IMG/VR virus record: IMGVR_UViG_3300037852_000055
Location: 1-64,000 of that record
DNA: 64,000 nucleotides
Strand: one strand, 5' to 3'
DNA from: a virus
Below are positions 57,170-64,000 of this stretch, piece after piece; the stretch's first letter is position 1, and each line of letters begins with the position of its first letter. Below the pieces are notes generated by a model. That model was not told the origin of the DNA, did not search any database, and saw only the letters and a list, made by a program, of their open reading frames with translations. A program made the position numbers and the translations under genes.

Positions 57170-59634
57170 CTATTAGAAATATGATAGTCCGACTCCATAA
57201 CTACTATATCACCCATAACTTCAGCAGCAGCCCTTTTAAAAGCATCTGCTATTAATTCTGCTACTTGTTTAGCATAACGTAAGGGACAATGGGCTAAGAT
57301 TTCATCATGAATCATTGCTTGAATTCTAGCACCGTATTGGGGCAAAGTGTGCCAAAGATAAGGCCTACCTTGCGTGTCGTGCCCCGCCCCCATAGCCCTC
57401 TTAATTATCGAAGCATTACTGCCTTGGATGCAATGGTTCTTCCCTCGTCTTCCAATGCTTCCCATCAAAGCCCTGTAGCCTTGCTTAATCTCGGATTCCG
57501 TAGGATTCCTATGGGTAAGCTTGTACTCCTCTTCAGCATTTGGTTCTCTTAAATTTTTAACTTTGAAATCAAAGATGTTTTTCTTTTGTACTTCCTCTTC
57601 AACCTCAAGCCTTTCAGTGTTTTCTTCTTCAAACCATTCCCTAGCCATCTGCCAAGTAGGTATGGGGAAAGAGCGACGGCGACCAAACATATCTCGTGCT
57701 TCTTTTTCTCTCTTAGCCCGTTCACCGGATTCTCTTAAGTAGTTCCATACATCTGGGAACTTTTCTTCGTGCAACTTCATTAACTCCTTGGCAGCATCAA
57801 TGGTTACTCCAATTTGATCAGCCAAGGCATCCGGCCCTCCTCCATAGCACAACAAGAAATTTACAGCTTTGGTATTATCCCTTAACTTCTTGTGGCCTTT
57901 GCATTTGCACTTTGCGTACTTTTGCTCTCCTTTTTCATTCAGAGCATAATACTCGCAGCCTTCTTCTCTAAGTTGTGGCCACTTCTCTGGGTACAAAATT
58001 TCTGTAGAGACAGAGTGTACGTCCCATCCTTTGTTAAATGCGTTGATCCATGTCTGAGCATTAGCAAGCACTGCAATGATTCGCAATTCAGCCCCAGACA
58101 TATCAATAGTTACAATGCAGTTCTCTTCTCCAGTTACAGGGTCTGGTGGATCTGCAATAAAACAAGAACGAACCTCATCATCTTGTGGAAGGTTTTGCCC
58201 ATTGGGTTTCTCCGAAGATGTACGCCCAGTTTCTGCCATCAACTGGTTGAAGATGCAGTGCAGCCTACCGTCCCCTGGGTGTCTCCAGCCTTCTGCCTTG
58301 GATGCTTTGGTTACCCATCGTTGTGTCCATTGTACGCCATAGGTTCCTGTATCTTTCTTGCCTTTTCGGAACTTACGTAATGTTTGGATCAGCGGACGAT
58401 CATTGAAGCGCAGAAGTGTGTCATCTGTTACATCTTGAATCCCACGCATACCCGGCAGCTTGCGAAGGGCCGCTAACATTTGCGGCTGAGAGTCATAGTT
58501 TAAATAAGCATCCCCTTCACATTTCTCAAGGTTGTTCAGGTACTTAGTTTTTTCTTTGCTTAATTCAGAAAAATTTTTACGGGCCTGCGCCTTAGCTTCT
58601 TTTCGTTTCTTCTCTTCTTCCTTCAGGAGCGCAGAAATTTCCGTTTTTTTAAGCTTGTCTTTTTCTTGGCGTTTTAACGCGGCAAGCTCTAGCTCCTTTG
58701 AAGATGCAGTTTCAAACCCATTGCGCCATAAGTTTTCTAACTCGGCAAGTTTCTTTTCATCAATCTGCTCAGTCTTTAGACCAACAATAGGAATAAATGC
58801 TTCGTCTAAAATCTTCAGTTCATCTTTACGCCTAGCCAAAACGTTTTCAATACGCTTAAGCCACCGTGCATCATCAAGGTTTTGCCCAATCAAATGCATG
58901 TCCTTGAATGTTCCAATAGCATCATTCTCAATTTGTGCTGTGGTTAACAACTGGTCTACTGTCATCAAATTGATTTGTGCTTGGCGTATAGCTAAAGGCA
59001 TACGCACGTCAAATGCTGCGTATAAAACTTGTTCTTCAGTTAAAGAAGATTTGAGATCAAAGCTGGTCTGCTTGGTTTTATCAATGATTATACCAAAATA
59101 TCTAGCAGCAATAGCTGACATGCTAAACTCTGCCATCTTTTTCAGTGGGATGGTTCCGGCACGTATAACTCGTTCTGCCATATCTGTGCTATACAGGTGC
59201 CAGATGCGATATCCAAAGTTCCAATGGAAAACCGAGTATTCAAACTCAAGGCTCTGCCCAACTTTTAAAAAGTTGTTTGTGCAAAGTATGGGCTCAAGAA
59301 TCTCAAAGATTTTCTTATAAGTATCTCCACAGTTTTTACCATAGTGCCCTTGGGTAGCAATAAGATTTTCTTCAGAACCTGCAAAGGGTAGCAGGTCAAT
59401 CACGAACTGTCTGTCTCTGTCCCCTACCTGAATGGTTCTCACGTAGCGATAAAAAAAGTCGGACACCACGTTAGTTTCGGTGTCAATGCATAGCATCTTA
59501 TCTGTTGTACCTTTGTACGCCAACCATTCCGCCAAAGACTGCAGGCCGGAGTCATCGGTGACAAGCGTGACATTCATCTTAGGATTCAAATCAGCCAGAA
59601 CCAAGGGTTTCAACTGCTTTTCAATTTCTGCCAC
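57154..59634 (-). CDS. polA: Family A DNA polymerase with 3'-5' exonuclease
   Basis: DTET, YAAFD, TGRTSS..PN.QN.P, DMSGAELR, KAVNF...YG, IQG, IHDE. Confidence 0.95.
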   Translation of the reverse strand: MAEIEKQLKPLVLADLNPKMNVTLVTDDSGLQSLAEWLAYKGTTDKMLCIDTETNVVSDFFYRYVRTIQVGDRDRQFVIDLLPFAGSEENLIATQGHYGKNCGDTYKKIFEILEPILCTNNFLKVGQSLEFEYSVFHWNFGYRIWHLYSTDMAERVIRAGTIPLKKMAEFSMSAIAARYFGIIIDKTKQTSFDLKSSLTEEQVLYAAFDVRMPLAIRQAQINLMTVDQLLTTAQIENDAIGTFKDMHLIGQNLDDARWLKRIENVLARRKDELKILDEAFIPIVGLKTEQIDEKKLAELENLWRNGFETASSKELELAALKRQEKDKLKKTEISALLKEEEKKRKEAKAQARKNFSELSKEKTKYLNNLEKCEGDAYLNYDSQPQMLAALRKLPGMRGIQDVTDDTLLRFNDRPLIQTLRKFRKGKKDTGTYGVQWTQRWVTKASKAEGWRHPGDGRLHCIFNQLMAETGRTSSEKPNGQNLPQDDEVRSCFIADPPDPVTGEENCIVTIDMSGAELRIIAVLANAQTWINAFNKGWDVHSVSTEILYPEKWPQLREEGCEYYALNEKGEQKYAKCKCKGHKKLRDNTKAVNFLLCYGGGPDALADQIGVTIDAAKELMKLHEEKFPDVWNYLRESGERAKREKEARDMFGRRRSFPIPTWQMAREWFEEENTERLEVEEEVQKKNIFDFKVKNLREPNAEEEYKLTHRNPTESEIKQGYRALMGSIGRRGKNHCIQGSNASIIKRAMGAGHDTQGRPYLWHTLPQYGARIQAMIHDEILAHCPLRYAKQVAELIADAFKRAAAEVMGDIVVMESDYHISNRWLKG

Positions 59635-59660
59635 CTAGACTCCTTTCCTATTGATTTTAT

Positions 59661-59879
59661 TTAAATAAGGCCTAAATTAAACTCTGAGCGTAAATTTACC
59701 AGTGCTTGTTTTTCTTTTTGCTTACTAATTAAGGTTTTCTCTAGTGAATCTATCTCCTCCACCAGCTCATTGATACGATAATTTATATCAGATGTTGCAC
59801 CTACAGATCTTCCATGTTCTGTTAAGCTGACATAAAAAGGTCTCCACTCTGTCTCCCACTCTTTAACTGTATACTTCAC
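59661..59879 (-). CDS. Small coiled-coil protein
   Basis: AAGGAG RBS before GTG. Confidence 0.6.
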   Translation of the reverse strand: MKYTVKEWETEWRPFYVSLTEHGRSVGATSDINYRINELVEEIDSLEKTLISKQKEKQALVNLRSEFNLGLI

Positions 59880-59920
59880 TGTTTCTCCTTTGGATTAAGT
59901 GTATCACACCTATGTACCAG

Positions 59921-59945
59921 AGCTTGGGAAACGTTTTCCCAAGCT
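59921..59945. promoter_or_regulatory. 25-bp palindrome, copy 2 (operator-like, upstream of pol/nrdJ operon)
   Basis: AGCTTGGGAAA-CGT-TTTCCCAAGCT, 17 bp upstream of a TGnTACACT -10 (59898-59906, minus). Confidence 0.65.
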
Positions 59946-60009
59946 AAGGCAACCGGGGCTGAATTTGCCCCGCCTTACCTTTGGGTATATTTGTACGTTT
60001 GAATTCTGG

Positions 60010-60240
60010 TCAGCCAATTTTGCCGGAGGCCCATGATCTCTGCTTATACACAGAGCGGTCTAAGGATCGGGCCACCTTTTGGAGCTTAAGCACCTCGGCT
60101 TTGCAGTACCTAAGGGTTTCCTGATCATTGGCCCCAGGGTCAGCAACAATCTTGTACTCAATTTCTTTGACTTTTTGGAGCCATAGAGCCAGTTGCCTAT
60201 GAACTTCTTGGCGTTCTTTGCTTAACTTCTTTCTTTTCAT
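60010..60240 (-). CDS. Hypothetical protein
   Basis: GAGG upstream; first gene of the leftward unit. Confidence 0.5.
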   Translation of the reverse strand: MKRKKLSKERQEVHRQLALWLQKVKEIEYKIVADPGANDQETLRYCKAEVLKLQKVARSLDRSVYKQRSWASGKIG

Positions 60241-60619
60241 AAGCTTAAGTACCTCTATGTATACTATGTATATGCCGGGAGGGGTTCATAAATTTATTTT
60301 ATCACAGTACTGCCAAGATTTAGCGGGCATCAAAGCTGTGTTTTTCCTTTGTTTTGTTATACTTAGTTTATACATAGTTCCATATAGGAAGTAGGAACAT
60401 CGGTGTTTTCATAGGTTTATAGGACTTTTGTGGTTGGCGTACCAAGTATTTTCTATGGTTTTCCATATGGTATGAAAATAACACTTGACAGGGTTAAAAT
60501 TATACTTAACTCCTTTGTTTTCAGTATTATGTGTCATTATTATACTCCGTAAGTGTATGAAAATAAAGGAAGCATGTACTAAAGATAAAAGAGTATAATT
60601 AGTTTAGAGATTGAATAAT

Positions 60620-60690
60620 ACCTAAGCCTTGATCAGCTTAGGTTAGAAGAAGGGGTAGCTATCCCTACCCCTTCTTCGACTTTGGATAGA
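60620..60690 (+). promoter_or_regulatory. Hairpin plus H-type pseudoknot leader, copy 1
   Basis: 13-bp stem GAAGAAGGGGTAG/CTACCCCTTCTTC; loop CTATCC pairs with GGATAG (60684-60689). Confidence 0.65.
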
Positions 60691-60702
60691 AAGAAAATAC
60701 AA

Positions 60703-61188
60703 ATGAGAACTAAGTCTAACGCAAAAGATTACTATATTTATTTGATGAGCTGTGGCCAGTATAACTGGCAAAAGATTGGAATATCTACTAGACCACAGGG
60801 TAGAGAGAAAGACATTACTGTACCTTTCAAGTTGGAACTAAGTGCCACACACGTTATAGCAAACAATTTATCAGACGCAGTAAGAGTTGAGTCAGAAGTA
60901 CATAAATTGTTGCACTACTTAAGAATAAAGCAAGAATGGTTTCATTCTGTGACGGTGGAAGTGTTTGAAGAAGCACTGAAAGAAGTCACTGACAACCCCA
61001 ACAGAAGATACATAGGGGTTACTCATTCTAAACAAGGTAGTTATGTAGCTAAAATACGTGTTCAAGGAGAGGTTAGGCACGTAGGGAGCTTTAGTACTGC
61101 TAAGAGAGCAGCAGAGGCCTATGATAGAGCTTCAAAACTGTGGTATGGTAACAGTAGACCATTGAATTTCTCAATAGAAAATTCTTAA
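60703..61188 (+). CDS. GIY-YIG (T5orf172-like) endonuclease with AP2 domain
   Basis: YIYL..KIGIS..P..R, E..VH, EWF; YIGV, Y.AKI, GSF.TA..AA.AYD.A....G...LNF. Confidence 0.85.
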   Translation: MRTKSNAKDYYIYLMSCGQYNWQKIGISTRPQGREKDITVPFKLELSATHVIANNLSDAVRVESEVHKLLHYLRIKQEWFHSVTVEVFEEALKEVTDNPNRRYIGVTHSKQGSYVAKIRVQGEVRHVGSFSTAKRAAEAYDRASKLWYGNSRPLNFSIENS

Positions 61189-61223
61189 CCTCTCCTCCCC
61201 TCGTGCATGCAATGTGCACTTTC

Positions 61224-61620
61224 TATACGCGCTTCGCGCCTCCGGTTAACTCCTTTACCCGGTGGGGCGAAACCTAAGCGTATACCTGTACAGAATCTGC
61301 AGTGTGATCAGCGATTGCTATGACACTTATCCCCGCAAGGGTGCTACGTAACTGTCCAATGACAAGGTGTAGGTGCGAACGAGAATGGACGGACTGCAGA
61401 TAAAGTTTAAAAAGTTTTGTATCAAGAGATCTTCAGCAGCGAAATTAAAAGTTGTAAGTCTGATTTGGATTGAGATGCAAATGACCGCCCGTTGGGGCGA
61501 GGCCTATGCGCGGCGGCGCTTAGTGGTCTTGCCCAAAAAGAACCGAGATAGAGAGCAAGATTACCCCTTAGCCTAGCCAGTGAGTGTAAAGGGAAATTTC
61601 TACTTTCTGGTTCCACTGGC
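61224..61620 (+). ncRNA. Cluster of candidate structured RNAs upstream of tRNA-Asn
   Basis: Closing stems TATACGC/GCGTATA, ATCTGCAGT/ACTGCAGAT, GTGGTCTTGC/GCAAGATTAC, GCCAGTG/CACTGGC; GCAA tetraloop. Confidence 0.5.
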
Positions 61621-61628
61621 AAATTTAT

Positions 61629-61703
61629 TGGCCTGTAGCATAACGGCAGTGCTTTTCACTGTTAATGAAACGGGTGTAGGTTCGAGTCCTACCGGGCCAG
61701 CCA
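61629..61703 (+). tRNA. tRNA-Asn(GTT)
   Basis: TGGCCTG/CGGGCCA acceptor, TTTCA-CTGTTAA-TGAAA anticodon arm, GTAGG-TTCGAGT-CCTAC, G-CCA end. Confidence 0.92.
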
Positions 61704-61788
61704 TTCCTTGTGAAAGGCAAATATGAACTCAGAGAAATGCAAAGAAGAACTTTTAGAAAATTTACTGAATACCCTAAGGAGAATACAC

Positions 61789-61977
61789 ATGAGCGTAACG
61801 CAACTTGATGCGGACATTCAAACATTGACAACCAACGTACAGGCCTTGATTACGCAGAGCGCGAACTCAGTGCCTCAATCCGAAGTGGATGCAGCCGATG
61901 CCCAAGTGGTTGCTCTGAACACAACTGTAGTTGCTGCGCTGGCACCTCCTGCAGCTCCAGCAGCGGCCAAGGCCTAA
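61789..61977 (+). CDS. Small Ala-rich coiled-coil protein
   Basis: AAGGAG RBS before ATG 61789. Confidence 0.65.
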   Translation: MSVTQLDADIQTLTTNVQALITQSANSVPQSEVDAADAQVVALNTTVVAALAPPAAPAAAKA

Positions 61978-62300
61978 GTTTAAAAAGATTAGGAACCGCA
62001 TAGTCCTTTGACTCTTTAGAGCCAGGGAGAGGTTCCTAAAGAAGGAGTAAAGTTTCCTCCATGGCCAATCTGAAACTAACCCATTGGGAACCCTACGCCT
62101 TTGTGCAAAGAACCAGTGGCAGTCCGTCCTGTACTTGTACCACAGGCTCCGGCGCGGGGTAAGAAGGGAAACCGCTTTGTGCACATAGCGCAGCCTCCTG
62201 TCGCGCATTCTCAGTAGCGCATAAAATGAGAACCAAAGTTAGTAAGCCGCGTCCGTGCATGGACGTGCAGACAACAGGACACTTTTATTTGTAAAACCAA

Positions 62301-62330
62301 AGCTCTGCCAGAAATGGTAGGGCTATTTTT
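62301..62330 (+). terminator. Intrinsic terminator
   Basis: AGCTCTGCCA-GAAA-TGGTAGGGCT-ATTTTT. Confidence 0.75.
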
Positions 62331-62404
62331 ATGCGTTGAAGACTCAGGTGAACATACTTTGTCCAGATGATCCGCGCAAGCGGTGCGGACTTAGGAAAAT
62401 CACT

Positions 62405-62713
62405 ATGAAATACGTATCACAAGCCTTGCTCGAAGCTACGTATAAAAAATACAACAAGAAATACTTTGGAAATTCTTTACCCAAAGATATTGACCTTCGT
62501 TTTGGTCATACCCAGGGAGATCTTGGGTATCAATTGGGTGAAGAAATTGTGTTGAACAAAAGCAAAGCGTATCGTAGGGATTCCATTTGGAAAGGTACGT
62601 TACTACACGAACTTGTCCACTTAAAAGTGGCAGAGAGCAACGATCACGGCCCGAAGTTCCAAAAAGAAATGCTAAGACTTGCAAAGGCAGGAGCCTTCAA
62701 AGGAATTTGGTAG
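62405..62713 (+). CDS. SprT-like zinc metalloprotease domain protein
   Basis: YN..YF...LP, TLLHELVH, HGPKF. Confidence 0.8.
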   Translation: MKYVSQALLEATYKKYNKKYFGNSLPKDIDLRFGHTQGDLGYQLGEEIVLNKSKAYRRDSIWKGTLLHELVHLKVAESNDHGPKFQKEMLRLAKAGAFKGIW

Positions 62714-62742
62714 GTTAAATTAAAAAGACTCAGGAGAATACA

Positions 62743-63075
62743 ATGGCAGAAACAGTAGAAGCAGCGGCAGAACAACTAGGAACAGCAGTGGAGGGTTCAA
62801 CGGTAGCGCCTGTGGAGAAGGCAGCAGTGGCTGCAAAAGTGGAAGTGACAACGGAAGAGAACCTATTTCTACGCACAACCGAGGCCGCGTTCTTACGCGC
62901 ACAAGTACGCATTAGAGATGCACAGAAGGGCCTAGAAAACCTTGTAAAAGAAGCGGAAGCCCATAGCAAGACCTATAGTGAAAAAGTGGAGGCATTGTTT
63001 AAGAAGTATAGTGTGACTCCTGCAGAATTTTTATGGGATAACTTAGAGAATTCTTTTAAATCTATAAAGAAGTAA
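62743..63075 (+). CDS. Hypothetical coiled-coil protein
   Basis: AGGAG RBS. Confidence 0.7.
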   Translation: MAETVEAAAEQLGTAVEGSTVAPVEKAAVAAKVEVTTEENLFLRTTEAAFLRAQVRIRDAQKGLENLVKEAEAHSKTYSEKVEALFKKYSVTPAEFLWDNLENSFKSIKK

Positions 63076-63090
63076 AATTTAGACACACAT

Positions 63091-63160
63091 ATCGGAACTT
63101 ATAATCCCGATTAGAGTTGGGCAGTGCTCGTTACACTGCCCTTCTCGACCTTAACGAGAG
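63091..63160 (+). promoter_or_regulatory. Hairpin plus H-type pseudoknot leader, copy 2
   Basis: GGGCAGTG/CACTGCCC stem; loop CTCGTTA pairs with TAACGAG (63152-63158) adjoining the GAGGA RBS. Confidence 0.65.
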
Positions 63161-63169
63161 GAAAACACA

Positions 63170-63394
63170 ATGGGAAGAAAAGTAGTTAATTTTGTTGGGC
63201 AAGTTGTTGGTAGCCTTACTATTTTAAAAAGAGTTGAAAACGGTAATAGAGGAGAAGCCAGATGGCTACTAGAAAAAGCAGCAGCTTATCTTAGAGAATT
63301 TGGGTATAAAGATGCAAGACTCAGTGCCAGTGAATATATCCCAGGAACAAAAACCACAGGAAGTGCCTCAGGAAGTTCCAAAGGAATCTACTGA
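63170..63394 (+). pseudogene. Internally deleted homing endonuclease remnant
   Basis: N-terminal G...G.LTILKR....RWL joined directly to an EndoVII-type C-terminus LLEKAAAYLR. Confidence 0.6.
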
Positions 63395-63881
63395 GGAGAA
63401 ACCTAAGGGGCCTTTGGAGTTAGTCGTACGTAATACAAACGGAACTTTTAGCACGCGACTGAAAGACCCAAAGACTGGGCACTTCATGAAGAAGGATCGC
63501 CCACTTCCTAGTGCCAAGGAATTGGTCAGAGCAGGAAGGCAACTTCTTACAAGCGCAGAGGCTGGGCCGGATGGCAAGCTTATCAAAGGCAGTAAGACTC
63601 GGCATAGAAAGATATTTGACAACCTTGTGCGAATAGCTACATTGGAAACCGACGACCCCAAAGCACTCATGTCAATTATAAAGGCGGCAGAATTGCTGTA
63701 CCTAAGGTTCTATGGGAAACCAGCAGTGTCAGACGACGAGCTAGACGCGCTTCGTGTGCACGGTGTGAAAGTGGTAATCGTGCAAGCACCTGAGCTTCAA
63801 AACAAAGAAGTTGTTCAAGAAAAACCAAAGGAAATGCTTAAACCGTCATTCATTGAGGCTGAGGTGATTAGTACCAACTAG
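63312..63881 (+). CDS. Putative terminase small subunit
   Basis: Helical protein directly upstream of a TerL-like start; D.KTG.F.K motif. Positional inference. Confidence 0.45.
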   Translation: MQDSVPVNISQEQKPQEVPQEVPKESTEEKPKGPLELVVRNTNGTFSTRLKDPKTGHFMKKDRPLPSAKELVRAGRQLLTSAEAGPDGKLIKGSKTRHRKIFDNLVRIATLETDDPKALMSIIKAAELLYLRFYGKPAVSDDELDALRVHGVKVVIVQAPELQNKEVVQEKPKEMLKPSFIEAEVISTN

Positions 63882-63893
63882 GGGTAAAGAATA

Positions 63894-64000
63894 ATGCCAC
63901 GGAAACAAGCTCAGGAAGTTGAAGAACGTCCAAAGTATATAGATGAAAATGGCGTTCTTAACTTTGATAGTTTATTTAAGTTTCAACCCAAACAAACAGA
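63894..64000 (+). CDS. Putative terminase large subunit, N-terminus (truncated by window edge)
   Basis: MPRKQ...FKFQPKQ resembles the TerL adenine-binding P-x-Q motif; only 35 codons visible. Confidence 0.4.
   Translation, partial: MPRKQAQEVEERPKYIDENGVLNFDSLFKFQPKQT

Noticed and set aside
37174-59320. Long antisense ORFs (e.g. 37174-37974, 39261-40010, 58532-59320)
   Set aside because: Shadow frames of charged coiled-coil or other coding genes on the opposite strand.
60486-60507. TTGACA..TATACT as a promoter
   Set aside because: Spacer is only about 10 nt, far too short.
62166-62190. GGGAAAC slippery site plus hairpin as a programmed frameshift
   Set aside because: Lies after the stop of the only nearby small ORF, so there is no frame to shift from.

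Overview
This window is 64 kb of a large tailed dsDNA bacteriophage genome (host not determinable from the sequence). Layout: (i) 1-11.4 kb (+): end of a tail-fibre-like gene, four signal-peptide-bearing Cys/Thr/Gly-rich genes (one a phospholipase-C-type phosphoesterase, one with CBM5/12-like repeats), a holin-like gene, a metallophosphoesterase, dNMP kinase and an atypical tRNA-His. (ii) 11.4-49.2 kb (-): GH108 endolysin, VWA protein, HD nucleotidase, intein-split RecA, RuvC-like resolvase, RNA ligase plus 3'-phosphatase, primase-helicase, SF2 helicase, PD-(D/E)XK nuclease, ParB-domain protein, deaminase, a TrxB-like flavoprotein without CxxC, an ART-like protein and many small early genes. 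(iii) 49.2-50.4 kb: non-coding divergence region. (iv) 50.4-60.3 kb: endonuclease VII, RNase H, MazG-like protein, class II RNR, family A DNA polymerase. (v) 60.6-64 kb (+): homing endonucleases, structured intergenic RNA, tRNA-Asn and the probable terminase genes. The most striking signals are non-coding and missed by the ORF track: a circularly permuted (two-piece) tmRNA with a 28-aa tag (32.46-32.83 kb); a promoter-driven ~1.1 kb head-to-tail array of long-stem-enclosed RNA modules, one tRNA-like (46.3-47.4 kb); tandem NrdR-like boxes abutting two early promoters; a covarying pseudoknot leader on two homing endonuclease genes; and a 25-bp palindrome shared by the ParB-domain gene and the polymerase-operon promoter region. 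All calls were made by eye from motifs and base pairing; no searches or folding programs were run.
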